Source of the DNA: Vicugna vicugna
Taxonomy: Eukaryota
Direction of reading: 5' to 3'
NCBI GenBank assembly: GCA_013265495.1
Contig: MU059418.1
Coordinates: 4,386,773-4,450,772, forward strand
Length of the DNA stretch: 64,000 nucleotides
Shown: positions 26,161-40,625 of the stretch, piece by piece
How positions within the stretch are numbered: the first letter of the stretch is position 1
Layout of the letters: each line of letters opens with the position of its first letter
Translations under genes and position numbers: made by a program
Notes under the pieces: generated by a model
Told to the model about the DNA's origin: nothing
Database searches by the model: none
The model's input: only the letters and a program-made list of their open reading frames with translations

Positions 26161-26566
26161 CGTACTTTACACAAACCTGCCCGTTGTCTCACCTGTGACC
26201 ACGCATCGTTTCACCGGCTGACAGGGAAGCCTCTAGGCCTTGTTTTCTTCCTCTGTGAAATGAGGATAATGAGCACATTCTTCTCAGGATTCTTGGGAAA
26301 ATTCAGAGAGCTCACGCACAGCAAGCATTTCACACAGGTCTGTATGATGTGTGCTGTATATTATTCATTATTATCACTATCATCGTTATTTCATGTGCAA
26401 ATGCACACAGTTGCGGCTCCCAGGGCTGGGCTGCCACCTGCCCTTCTCTCCTGCCCCCTAGTTTAGCACTCAATCCCTGACACCCACTCTGGATCTAGAG
26501 CAGACAGGCAAACAAACCGCGGGGCCCTCAGCCACATCCGATGGGCGTGGCTGGCAGGAGCCCTAG

Positions 26567-26959
<393 letters not shown>

Positions 26960-27536
26960 TGAGCCTAAGGGTCCCACCCTCCTGCCCTACCCTGGCCAGG
27001 TCCAAGGACACCTGGGCCATTCCTGCTCTGTCTTAAGCTCACTGTGTCACCTCGGGTGAATCATTTCTCCCCTCTGGGCTTTCTTTCCTTGTAAAATGAT
27101 CCAGTGATACTAGCACAACCATCTTCACTGGGCCAGGAGTTTAAGGATATAGTGAAATAATCTTATTCTTTAGTAGAACCAGTCCTTGGCAACCGATGTC
27201 AAAGCTGGGGTGGGGGTGGGAGGATGAGGTGTGGGGATCAGGAAGAGGGATTCAGCATCTCATCTGTTCTCTGGCTGCTAGAGGCCGAGGTGAACCCCCT
27301 GACCTGGGTTCAAATTCTGGCTCTGCCGCATACTCCCCAGTGGGCTTTAGACAAGTTGCTTCAACATCCCTGAGCCTCAGTTTCCTTATCTGTAAAATGG
27401 GAATAATAATCTCTCTCTGAGGGCTACTGCTAACAGATTGGCAAGTCCCCTGTGAACAGTAAGCTACTCTGTAAAGCACCATGCCTGTGAGTGGCGGCTG
27501 TTTAACCTCAGTCCTTCTGGGACCCCAAGGATATGA

Positions 27537-27764
<228 letters not shown>

Positions 27765-27940
27765 TAATGGAATGGTGAATGCTGATGGGCCTCTCAGAGC
27801 CTCTCCATGCCCCAGCTCTGCCCCACACTCCCCAAGCACGTCTCTAGGACGAGCCTACATTACCACGTCTGGAGCGCAGGGTTGCCAGAGGACCTCCAGC
27901 TCCCTTCCAGCTGCAAACTGCAAGCTCTTCTGCTTTCTAG

Positions 27941-28222
<282 letters not shown>

Positions 28223-28739
28223 TGACTGGCTTGAGAGGAAGTTTGTCAGTGCCAACTGTTGAATTCAAAGGCCATTTAGTTTGGTGTGTGCTTTTCTCTA
28301 GCAATATTCAGCATCGCAGATTCAGGCACAGGGAGGGTTCATCCACTACTAGGGTTTTGCCGAGCTGATTTAACAAAGAGAGGGAAAAGGAAGTTGAAGG
28401 GAGTAGAAATACAAAATAGAGGAAGCAGTAGTTCCAGGTGCCTTGGTTTGCTCTTAGAGACCTTCTCCCCAATGCACAGAGCAAGACACCTACAGATACA
28501 TCCAGCAACACAGTCACCTGGTCACATGACAAGGCAGTCACAAGGAGCTTGGACTGACTGCCTTGCTAAAGACAAAACACACCGTATCTACTCCATCAGC
28601 CAGTCTGGTAATCTTATCAGAAAAGAGGAAAGGGGTCCATTGTTTACAGTAAACCCATGCTGGATACTGGTCATCACCACTGGCCTTGCAGGGTTCTAAA
28701 GGTCTACAATCTTCCCCAGGGCAGTAGTGCTGACAGCTC

Positions 28740-29890
28740 CTTGGCAGAATTCTCTGCTGGTTCCTCCTCATCTCTCCAACTTTTTACCTTCAGAGGGTCC
28801 TAGAGCTCAGTTTTTGGTTCTCATCTCTTCTCTGACTGCCCACTTTTCCTTTGATGTCTCATCCATCCTTACAGCTTTCCACGCCATCCACGTGCTGATG
28901 GCCTCTTCCTCTGGAGTCTGGACTCACACACACCCCATCACTACCCAGCGTCTCCATCTGGATCTCAGACATGGCATGGGGAGCCTCACATGTTCAAAGC
29001 TGCACTCCTGATTTCCACCCCCCGAAAATCAGTACCTCCTGCCACCTTCCCTGACAAAGCTAATGGAACTTCTGTCTTTCTGGCCCTCGAGACCAAACAT
29101 TTTGGAAACTTTCTTAGCTCCTCTTTCACACCCTACATCTGAGCTGTCGAGGAATCCTGATGGCTCCTCCTTTTTCTGTCTCTATCCAGAATCCACCACT
29201 TCCCACCTTTGCTGTCACCCTAGTTCAAGCCACCATTATTACTTGCCTGTGTTCTGCTACAGCCTCCTAACATTTCCACCTTCAGTCATCACAGTATCTG
29301 AAGTGATCCTTTTAAAAGGTAAGTCAGACCACATCACTCCTTGGCTTCAAGCTGCCAGTGGCTTTTTTCTCCCTCAGAGAAAAATCAAAGCCTTTACAAT
29401 AACCTACAAGTCCCTATGCCTTCTGGCCTCTTTCTGATGTCATTTCTTGCTACTTTCCCTTTCCCTCACTCTGCTGTAGCCACACTGACCTCTGAACTGG
29501 CCCTTAAACATGAAGGCCTATTTCTACCTCAGGGCCTTTGCACACACTGTTCTGTCTTGTGTGCTCTCCGTGGGACCTCCATGTGGATCAGTTCTCACTT
29601 CCTTCAGGACTCAGACGTCACTCTCTCAGCAGGGCCCTCCCTTTAAATTTACAACACTCCAGCCCCTGGAAACCCTTATCACCTTTCTCTGTATTTTTCT
29701 CCTTTGCAGTTGTCACCACCTAACATACTATTTGTTTTACTTACCTGCCTCCTGCTACTAGAATGCGAGTCCCATGAGGCAGGAATTTTTGTCTGTGATG
29801 TTCACTGTTCTAAACAGACACCTAAAACAGTGTCTGGTACTAAATGCTAAAAAATAAAAAAATTAGAAAAAATTCTTGAATGGAAGAAAT
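28740..29890 (+). mobile_element. L2 LINE fossil in TLDC2 intron 4
   Basis: L2 3' text (cagggcctttgcacac, ctagaatgcgagtcccatgaggcagg). Confidence 0.7.
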
Positions 29891-31344
29891 AATTTTTTCA
29901 GGGGATCACTATAGTCTTCCCATGCTGTTGTTACAGAATCTCATCTTTTCAAAAAATTAATAAAAAGTTTTTGTCTATCTTTGGTCTTCTGGCACCTCTT
30001 GTATTCTTCATGAATTCCCAGCAGTTTCTTGACCACTATTCCAAGAAGCACCATGACCATGGTCTTAATTTTCTTCTGTAACAATATTTATCTTCCTTTT
30101 TTCCACTTTGAAGGTCATGTTCCTTGAGGAAACTAGAGGAGTTGAATGTTTCTCTCTTCTCCTGGCCACTTGTTAATATTATCTCATCTCTTCTGAGCCA
30201 GGGCTTATCTTTCTTTTATTCTTCCATCTTCTTGCTAAAAACATTTTGGTTGCTCAGAGCATTTTTTTTGCAACTGATTTACAGGTAATAATATGCCATA
30301 CTTGTGCAGCCCTTTAAAAATCTTTCTATTAGCTAAGTTGACTCTAGAATAATTTGTTCATTCAACAAACATCTATACCGTGTCTTGGGAATACTGCCAG
30401 AATAAAGATGCTTACATGTTAGCAGGGCAGGCAATGGCACGTTGGCACATGAACGGGGCCTGGGAGGAAGGGCTACGTTAGAGAGCATGGTCCAGGAAAT
30501 TTCTCTGGGATGACATTTGGGCTGAAAGATGGGAAGTGGGCCATCTGAAGATTGAGGGGGAAAGCATTCCAGGCAGAGGGATGAGCACACATGAGGGTCC
30601 TAAAGTAATAACAGCTTTGAGTATCCTCTGGTCAAGGGTCAGTATAGCTGAAGTGCAGTCAGCAAAGGGGAGAAAAGGCAGGAGAGGAAATCAGGGGCAG
30701 AGCAGGCTGGGCTTTCGGCTATTGTCAGGAGTCAGATTTTAGTCCTATTGCCAGGGGAAGCCATTGGAGGGCTTTAGCAGAGTTGGACTAATATCTGATT
30801 AGATTCTGAATAGATCACTCAGACTGCAGTGCAGAGATGGGCTGTGGGCAGGAGACAGTGGAAGCAGAGACCCATTAGGAGGCTGTGATCCAGGGAGGAA
30901 AGACTGGTTGGGATGGATGGGACAGATACGGTGGAGGCGGGGGGGTCTCGTTGGGGTGAGTCTCACAGGCTTGCTGAGGAACTGGGTGTGAGGCAGCCCT
31001 GGAGGGAGAGCAGGCTTGGTGTTACTCCAGTGAGATGAGGAAACAGTTAATAGTAGAATCAGGGCCCAACTCCTGACCTCAACTTTCCCCCTCCCCTCTC
31101 CAGCTTTGGAAGCAGGAAACCTCAGAGGGTTCTGGTCTATTCCTAGAACAGAGGGGCTTTGGGGCTGTGGGAATTCAGACTGGAGGGCAAGAGGAGGTGA
31201 ACTCCAGGGAGACTAGAAAGACATTGCAAGAAGCAGGAGCCAAGAGTACTTCCTGCAGCTTATTTGGGGCCTGGATGTTCTGTTCCCTCCACAACACTGC
31301 CACCCAGTGGTGTAAAGTCTAACAGCAAGGGCAGGACTCAGTAA

Positions 31345-31569
<225 letters not shown>

Positions 31570-32390
31570 TAGGCTGCCCCAGACAAACTGGGGAGGCTGC
31601 TGGTAAACCTTGAAGATTATCCCTTCAACACCCCACTGGGGTGCTTCCCAGTCCCCCAGCCAACCCCCTCAACTTCACTCTAAGTCAAAATCAGGAGGAG
31701 AGGATGGTGTGAGCTCTCCCCTAGTGTTCAGTTGGTGACAGATTAGTCTGAATTTTTGTAGCTTTGGGAATAGCATTTCCCATGGTTGGACGAGGCTAGA
31801 GTTAAGGAATAAGCAAACCTCAAATTTACCTGTCAGCCCCGTAATCCTAGGGAACATCTCAGTGGAGGCAGGGAGGCATCTGTCCAGGCACTCATTGTGT
31901 GTGTGTTGGGGTCGGGAGGTGGGGTGGGTTAGGAAGACAAGGTTAGTTTCACCCCTGGTGTGACCTGCACATTCAGGCAGAATAAATCTTATCCTGAGGG
32001 CAGAGATGAAAGCATTGTTTGACTAGCACCAAGCAAATTCTCTGCTCTCCCAACTGCCTGAAAAGCCTCCACTGAGAGGCAGCCTGGCACAGAACGCAGC
32101 AGCCATTGCTGATCTGCAGTAACCCAGGTCCCAGCTCGTCTAGGTCTGCTGTCAAACGTGGGGATTAGAGTGGATGCTCTCTGACGTGTTTTGTGCTCAG
32201 AGTCCATGCTGGTGAGAGTCACTCCTTTGGTTAAGCGTCGTCATCTTAAAACGTCCCAAATGTTCTAAAGCTGGCTTGTGGGGATGGTTGTACCACTCCA
32301 TCTATCAAAATCGTTGAACTGTAAAAAGAAAAATGCTCCAAACCCTGTGGGGAACAACATGTGAGTCTGTAACAGTTCAGGATAAATTGA

Positions 32391-32645
<255 letters not shown>

Positions 32646-33145
32646 TGTCCCCGGGGAGGGCAGCTTCCTGAGGCTTGGATCTGCCCATGGATGCCACCTC
32701 CCTCTCACAGGGCAGCTTATTCTGTCCCAAACGCAGACGGCGAAGTGTCTTAGTGCTGACTGTGGTTGTGAGCCAGCCTCTCATTGCCTGAGGACCAAGA
32801 CAGGCATGGGAACAGGCAATGTTCTCCTGGAGAGGGGACTTTGAAGGAGTCCAAGAAAAGACATGCACACCTTACCTGAGCAGCACAAAGTGCCTCCTGA
32901 AAACGATCTTTTTAGAAACTATACAACTAATACATGTTTATTATAGAAAAACAGAAGATATAAAAAATAGAAATTGCCTAAAATTCAACCACTCCCCGAA
33001 ACACTAACAGCTTCATGCACACTCTTCCGGACAATCTTCCAAGGAGATGCATGTCTACATCTTACGAGATTCTACTCTATGTGTTTTGGAAATTATTTTA
33101 ACTTTAAATACTGTCAAACCTTGGACATCTGGACTCAACCACTGA

Positions 33146-33151
33146 AATAAA
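33146..33151 (+). terminator. Candidate TLDC2 polyadenylation signal AATAAA
   Basis: First plus-strand AATAAA I found after the TLDC2 stop; use not verifiable from sequence. Confidence 0.4.
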
Positions 33152-33649
33152 GAAAGACTCCAGTGGCATCCTTCTTTTCCTAGAACACTGAGGGCTTTCT
33201 GCCTGCCACCTTTGTGCTGGGTGCCTACAAATCTCTTATTTAATTCCATGAGGAAACTATGAAAGCAGCAAATGAACAAAACGCATATTTGGATGAAGCT
33301 GAAATTCTGTAGATGGGAACCTCATGTAGGTTAAAAAGGAGGAAGGATATGTTCTCAGAACTCAGAGCTCAGAACTCGCCCCCCCCCCAATCCATATCCC
33401 TTCCCATGTTAGTGCCTGTCTCCTGCCAGAAGAAGATTCTTTATTACGTCATTATTTGCCATTATTGAATGAGGAAAACCAAGTAATGGAGGTCCTGTTA
33501 ATACCATCCCCTCACGTGCAGGCCCAACACAAGGTATAAAGAAATATCTGGCACATTCTTAGACAAAACACAGTTCCTTTGCACAAAGGCGTCAAAACTG
33601 AGCACCCAAGTGTGAGAGAAAGTCATCAAGAAGACACGGTTTCAGGATG

Positions 33650-35687
33650 GAGATACATTCATGAAGCTTTATTGCAGCTGTTTCCCTCACCCAGATGAAG
33701 TGACCAGTCTCTCTGACCTGCAATTCAATTTACATTCTCAGGGTGACAATGCTCAGTAACTCTAGAGGCCAAGCTGTTGTAAGTCTCCATTTTTCATACA
33801 AATAGTGAAGACTTCCTCAAGAAAAACTTAACCTTGTAAATGGCACGTGGTTCCCATAATTAAAACAGTTGCAAAGAGCATAAAGTGCAGCTGCCTTATA
33901 TGTAACAAAAAATGCAAACAAAACAGATTCAAGTTGTTTCTCAGATAGCATAATGATACAATTGAGACCAAAACATTCCACAGTAAAATACAATGATTTA
34001 AAAGTAGGAGTTACAAAAATAAAACAATCTTAGCAGAGAAACATTACATTCTTGACCTTCGGTCTGAGATGGATAATTCTCCCTATTGAAAGTTTAAGGG
34101 GTACCTTGACCAAAACAGATATGACCAGTACCATGGACCACTCTCCTTGTGCTTCTGTGAGAACACATGTGACCACACACCCACCACACAGCATTGTGGT
34201 GGGAGAGGAGAAGGGTTTTAACTATTCTATGAATCAGGGGTCAACTCTTGATTATCTACTGAGGGATGAGGGAGGGGTGATAGGGCAGGACGGCAGACAT
34301 TCCAAACACATGTTACCCTAGTGTCAACAGAACCTGGTTGCACAGTGGAAGGTGGCAGCACTCCTGAGACTCTGTGGATAATCAGCTGGCCTGTGGTCTG
34401 AGTTCCTCTCTCCCTCCCTCTTGTTCCTGCCCAGAGCCAGGGCTGGCCCCCTGACTCCCAGCCTGCCAGGGAAGCTTTTGTAAGGGAGTGTAGAAGCATA
34501 AGATGTTAGGGGCTCATGACTACACTCCCCACTGCCTTGCATCTGGCAGCCATCAGCTTTGGGTCTAACTCTAGACTTTGTTCTTGGTGAATTTCTGTAG
34601 CCCTGGGGACGGATGGGTTGGGACGGTGCCCTCAGCTCAGAAGCACCGCTCAACTACAGCAGTACTGACTCTGCTGCTGGAGGTAGAGATACAAAGGGGA
34701 ATCTGGAATTCACCAGGCAATTGCTTCATCTCAGCACAGGCAGCTCAGTGCTTGCTCTGAAACCCACAACATGCACTGAACTGGCAAAAACCAAGTCCCA
34801 GCTCTGAGGAGCCCTGAGGATGGTTCCTGTGGTGACCTCTGATCAGCACCCAAGTGAGATGCAGAAGGCAGGTGGAAGGGGACCTGCCTTCTCCAGGCAG
34901 AGCCATGGTAAAACTGTCATGGCTTGGGCAGTAAGTACTCAGGAGAGAAAGAAACCAGCACAGGCTGGAGCCACAACCGACCCAGAGGGCAGCCTGGTTT
35001 GGGGGCTCCCTCTGCGCTGGGGCTAAGGGTCTCCTATCAGGTAGTTTTATGTCCCACTTCAGAGGAGGCCAGAGCCCTCAGATCTTCTCAACAGATCAAT
35101 CAGGCCTTTCACTGAAGGGCTGGAGCCCACTCCTGGCCCTCATCTGCTGATCACCCCAACCTGGCAGCTTACAGGGGGCCAAGCGGGTGAGGGAAGGTGC
35201 CTTTCACCAATGCTCCGATTTCTCGGGGAGAGCTGCCCTCAAACTCTGGGTGCTGGGCACCTCCTCAAGGGGCTAGGATTTTACATTTTGCTTTTAGCCA
35301 CAGCTGTTCATGACAATCCCAACTGCGAATTCCAGTGTGCACCTTTGTCATAATATATCCAATTTTTTTAAAAAAACAATCGTATGTCATAAGAGTTCAG
35401 AATACATAAGAGAGCTGTTATTCTAAGAAAATAGGCTGCTAAAGAGGAAAGGCTTTGATTAATATTAAAAAATAGGCAAGGCAGTGCCTTCCATAGCTCA
35501 TGTAACAAGATTTGCCTAATACCTGTTACTGTGAATAAAAATGACTTCGCCTGTGCGTACATTCATAATGTGAAATAAAAAGCACGAATTGTCACTAAAT
35601 TTGTAGAGCTCCGTGATTTGAACTCCCTAAATTAATTGCGTTGGGGAACAGGGGAGAGGCTTTTTGTAAACACCTGATGGCAGACAT
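33650..35687 (-). other. SAMHD1: Probable SAMHD1 3'UTR
   Basis: Runs from the stop codon to the AATAAA at 33673-33668; 3' end inferred. Confidence 0.55.
33668..33673 (-). terminator. Candidate SAMHD1 polyadenylation signal AATAAA
   Basis: TTTATT on plus strand about 2 kb past the SAMHD1 stop; a second one lies at 33440-33445. Confidence 0.5.
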
Positions 35688-35822
35688 TCACATCGAGTTG
35701 TCCGCAAAAAGCTGGTCTCCGGATTTGCATACAACTTGGATGCGAGCTGGACTCTGGGCTGAGTCTGTGCAATTCCACTCCGTTTTTAGAGGTGTTATGA
35801 GTGGGGCTACAACATCACCATC
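35688..35822 (-). CDS. SAMHD1: SAMHD1 exon 16 (last coding exon)
   Basis: Acceptor CAG|; DGDVVAPLITPLKTEWNCTDSAQSPARIQVVCKSGDQLFADNSM*; contains T592-equivalent TPxK CDK site (codon 35793-35795); 135 nt. Confidence 0.96.
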   Translation of the reverse strand, partial: DGDVVAPLITPLKTEWNCTDSAQSPARIQVVCKSGDQLFADNSM

Positions 35823-36504
35823 CTGTCAAAGAGAGAAAAGCTAAGAGCAGAGAAGAGCCAGTTTTCATGACTTTGAGCAAACATCTCAGGCACATGTATC
35901 CTTGCCCTGCAGAAAGATGGCTTCTAGACAGACTGACTCCTGGGAAACTCCAGATTATATACACGCTCCGTGCATGGGCCAAATGAGGACCACCACACTC
36001 CTAAGAAGGAAAGGGCCTTCAGAGTAAAAACCACCAGACCTGTTCTTTTCAATGATGGTCAGAAACGGCACACTGCCCGGTTCTATTACCCTCTCCCTTT
36101 GCACACCTTCATGGAACACGCTCTGTCCTGCATTGCCAGGAGGAAGAGGGGCTGCGCTGGACCCTTACTCCTCTCTTTCCTAGCCCCGCTCCCATAAAAG
36201 ATGGCCCAGGTCTACAAGATGGTAAAACGAGGGAAGGACTGAGTGTACCTGCAGAACTTGAACTTTGCTCTGTAATCAAAGCCATAACTTTGGCCTCATC
36301 CACACAGACTCCGCTTAAAACAACAGATGGCCTCAAAGTGAAGTGACACTACGACTTGAAAGCAAAGAGTGTAAGAGGCGAGCCCACTAACATCTGACTC
36401 TATTCTGAACCGTTCTTGAACTTGTGGGTAGATTGTCTTAATTTATATAAGGGCACAGGATCTGTGTTTACTGCACAAGGAAGAGAATGCTGGTGACAGG
36501 TTAT

Positions 36505-36910
36505 TGTGCCCCGTGTTTGCCTGTTTGCTCTCAGATCCACTCCGCCCTCCTTTGCTCTGCTCTGTGTAACAGGAGCTGCTCTGCTGAATTACGCTTCCCG
36601 GCTCCTATGCCTAGTGGCTTCCAGGCGGGTTTGGCCAACGGGAGGCATGGGTGAGAAAGTGGAAGAGATGAGGATGAAAAGCCAGGGTGTTTCTCCTCTC
36701 GCCCCTCTGGTCAGGTAGCAGTGGCTGTGGCTCTGCTGTGGTTCTAGCTTGCAGGTGGCCCAGGACCTGGCTGCCATTTCCTACCTGGAAGGGACAGCAG
36801 CTCCCTGCAGTTGTCCCCCTGTCCTCTGTTAGCTCATTCAGCTCTGCTAAAGCTTTTGTATCTCGTGCCCCGTATTTCATTTCTTCTGTTGAACTACATT
36901 AGACCTGACT
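36505..36910. mobile_element. Old ERVL LTR (LTR33/LTR16-like)
   Basis: Resembles LTR33-type text (cagatccactccgccctcc...tttggccaacgggaggc); family tentative. Confidence 0.5.
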
Positions 36911-38681
36911 TGCTAGAGCTATTATTAAAAGCAGCCATTCAATTGCCAGGTACTCGTATTTGGAAGACCCATCCATCTCAAAGTCAGCATTATTTGTCTT
37001 CAGAGTCGTCTCTGTTTTTACCACATCCTTATTCCTACCCATTCTAATTTCAACTCTAGTGAATTTTATAAATGCCAACTTGAAAATGTCATTCTTTGCT
37101 TAAAATACTCCCATGGCTCCTGGTGCTCTTGGCTTATGGGACTGTGCACAATGCCCCAGATCCCTCGCCTAAATGCATCTCGTTCTCTCTCATTTTCTGA
37201 CCTCCCCTCCAACACCCTTTACCCAGCTAACTCCTCACCCATCCTTCAGGTCTCAGCTTCCAAGTCCTTCTTTAAATAAGCCAACCAAGCCTGGCTTAAA
37301 TCGTTCTCCTTATTGCTCCCCTAAGATTGTTCACGCCGCCCCTCACCCTAAAGCACTTACCACGTCCCTGTAACTGTTATTTACTCGTGTCTGTTATCCC
37401 CAACTAGAGCGAGACCCGTGGGAAACGCCTGTCTCAGGCACAGTTCAGCCACATGGCTGAACTTAACAGCTTCTTGATTCTCTGCTTCCAGTGTCTCCAC
37501 ATTCCTCCTTCACTGGGAGCTAGTGTACCTGAGACAGACAGGCCTCCTTACTCCCACAAGTCTCACTCTAGCCGGAGACAAAAACACAGATGTAGATAAT
37601 CACAGCAGCATGGTAAGTCTCGAATACAGTCGACGATTCCACTCTTACTGTACATAAGAAAAACTTCCTTAGCTGCTCAGCCAAGGTTCTCTGTAATCGA
37701 ATCTTCTCTTCCTGTTTCAGCTCTCATCTCAGCAGTAAGACTTTCTTCCTCCAGTCAGACAGGTCTCCTCACGGCCCCCAAACACACTCAACTTGTTCCA
37801 GTTTCATTTCGTGTTGCCTTTCTCTCTGCTACTCACCCAAGCACAGTCCAGCCTTCTGGATCGAGTAGAGTCCTCCCTCCTCACAAGGCTTATCCGACCA
37901 CTCTCCCAGCTCTCTGAGCCCTAACAGAGCTCCCCTGCACCCCTCCCTCTGGCACTCAACAAAGATCCGATGTACTGGGCTACTCTTCCATGTCTGACCA
38001 TTCCCTTTCATTTCCTTCACCACCCAACGCACGAAGGGAAGAAAGCAGTTTGTGAGAGAGTGAGTACCAGACTAGGAGGTAGAGCACGGTTTCCCACCTG
38101 CTGGACAGTCAGACTCAATTCTGTGGACTGATATCGGTGGGTCATGGCACCCACCTTGTGCTAGTCAATAAGGGACCGTTTCAACAACATTCTCTATGGG
38201 ATTGGCAACTAGAGAATTTCAGTATTTACAGGTTTGGGAACGCTGAGTTTGAAATAAGTTAGAAAACAGGAGTCAGTTTTATGTGGCCTTAAACAAGTTA
38301 ACAACTCAGCTTGTGTAACTTTCTCTGCAAGATGGGGACACGATAGCTCACCTCCCAGGGTCACTGGGAGGACTAGGTGGGACAACTGGTGAGAACATTG
38401 TCAAGTAGTATTCCCACGCCCATCACTTCAAACTTCTATTTGTCCTAACAGACAATAATGACAAGCAGAGCACCCCCCTCATAGCTGCTGTGGGAAGAAA
38501 TCACTGGCTGACACAGATTCAGACATTTTAAAAGGAAAGCTTGAGGTGGAAAAACTCCCCCCCGCCCCAAACCAAAACCAAATGACCACTATTTAGATCA
38601 GAGCTTTTCAGAGGGAAGTAAGGATCTCTTTCTGTTTTCACTTAGAAATAAAAGCGTGCGCCGCCTGTGCCGAACACCCAC

Positions 38682-38819
38682 CTGCGGCTTGGTGAAGTTG
38701 TTGATGACGCACCAGTGAACAAAGTGCTGCTGGGCAGCAAACAGACTCTCTGCGTCTGTCTTCTTACAGTAAACTCGGATTAGCTGCTCTGCAAATCTCT
38801 CTGGCAAAAGCTGTGAAAC
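38682..38819 (-). CDS. SAMHD1: SAMHD1 exon 15
   Basis: [46 protein letters not shown]; 138 nt as in human; donor GTGGGT. Confidence 0.96.
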
Positions 38820-39373
38820 CTTTTTACAGAAGAAAAGATGTCGCCGTCACCCTGAGTTCACACACTTAAGACAGATCAGCCTGATGTGACATTAAAAGTA
38901 CCATGCTGTTTTGCTGTTTTATCCCAATGGTGATACTCCAAAGAAAAGAATTCAATGTAGCTGTTTTATTGCAAAACGTCCCACAACTTCATGTCAATTA
39001 ATAGAAGATGAGTCGTTTGTATGATAATTACATAAAGACCACAGACTCTCTCACGCAGAAGATATACAAATAAGCACATTTAATTTATGTGATTTCAACC
39101 ATACAACACTCCCTTCCCACCAGCTTTATAACCTAGCCTCTAAACCAGAAAAACAGCGCTTTCATCCATGTTCAGCGAACAGGAAAAACTGGCTGTTAAG
39201 ATGGTCTAGTCTACACAAAATCACGTATACTTTAAAGACATACTTCTCTTTCTTTCTTTTTTTTTTTTAACTGTAGCCATTGACTTTAGGACCTAACTTC
39301 ATACAAGATGCAAATCTACTATAAAGATTTGCCAAATGCCACTACAATATATTTGTTTTACCTAAGTAGTTAC

Positions 39374-39478
39374 CTGATCTTTAGTAATCTTGATTGCCTT
39401 GCTGGGGTCACTCTTACAATAGAAGCGAACATTATCAATAGGATTCTTGTCTTCCATTCCATAATCCATGTTGATAAC
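39374..39478 (-). CDS. SAMHD1: SAMHD1 exon 14
   Basis: [35 protein letters not shown]; 105 nt; AG/GT boundaries; C522/K523 conserved. Confidence 0.96.
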
Positions 39479-40131
39479 CTTAATACAAACAGTAAGTGGT
39501 CACTTACATAATAGCAATGAGAACTGAACTCAGGGTGTGGGGGCATCACAAGAAACGAAGCAGAGCCCTCTGGAGGCTCAGAAGTAGGAGCCCTGGTAAG
39601 GTGGCTTATAGTGGAGTCAAAACAGCTCTGGTGCCTGAGCCATAGGGATTTGGTCTTTGAAATCTGGGTGGGGTGGGGGGACCATCTGTGCTTTCAACAT
39701 AAGTAGGGTATAAAGTCAGCACCCACTATGTGATAGACACATGGCAGGCACTGATGTGTAGAGATACTACAAGGACACTTGATACAATCCCAGCCCCACA
39801 GGCCACGTGCCCTAGACTGAGGCTGGACAAATGATTATAAAAGCAATCATCGAACCACATTTGTTCTAAGAGCTACCAAGGAAAAGCAAATGGTGCTGTG
39901 AAACTCTGTAACCAGGGAACCTAGCAGTCTGTGGCTCTTTGGGGAATGACTGGAAATGTTTTCCTGGGAAAGTGAATTTACTAATAAGTGAGCAGGAATT
40001 AACTAGGCCTAAGTAGGAAAGAAAAGAATTCCAGGCAGAAGAAACAGCTCTGAGACAGAGAAGACTGAAACTGTCTGCTGGGTTTAGTAACACTGGAGTC
40101 TTTGGCGATCTTGATGAGAGTAGTTTTAATA

Positions 40132-40625
40132 CAGGCAGACCTCAGAGAGATCACAGGTACTGTTCCAGGTCACTGCAATAAAGCAAATATTGTAACAAAG
40201 CAAATTCCATGAATTTTTTGTCTCCCAGTGCATATGAAAATTATGTTTACACTATACTGTAGTCTTTTAAGTATGTANNNNNNNNNNNNNNNNNNNNNNN
40301 NNNNNNNNNNNNNNNNNNNNNNNNNNNNNNNNNNNNNNNNNNNNNNNNNNNNNNNNNNNNNNNNNNNNNNNNNNNNNNNNNNNNNNNNNNNNNNNNNNNN
40401 NNNNNNNNNNNNNNNNNNNNNNNNNNNNNNNNNNNNNNNNNNNNNNNNTTTCAATCTTGTGAGAATTGCCAATATATGACACAGAAACATGAAGTGAGCA
40501 AATGCTGCTGAAAAAAGGCGCCAATAGACTTGCTTGATGAAGGGTTGGCACAAACCTTCAATTTGAAAAAATGCAATATATGCAAAGTGCAATAAAGTGA
40601 TCCACAAAAAAACAAGGTATGCCTG
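40132..40625 (+). mobile_element. Tigger1 termini flanking an N gap
   Basis: TA|CAGGCAGACCTC left end and AGGTATGCCTG right end; both flanks match Tigger1 terminal sequence. Confidence 0.85.
40278..40448. other. Assembly gap (171 N)
   Basis: N run inside Tigger1. Confidence 0.99.

Noticed and set aside
37600-38040. Purine-rich minus-strand stretch with coiled-coil-like translation (ELKQEEKIRLQRTLAEQLRKFF)
   Set aside because: Frames are broken by stops; no parent gene, poly(A) tail or TSD recognised.
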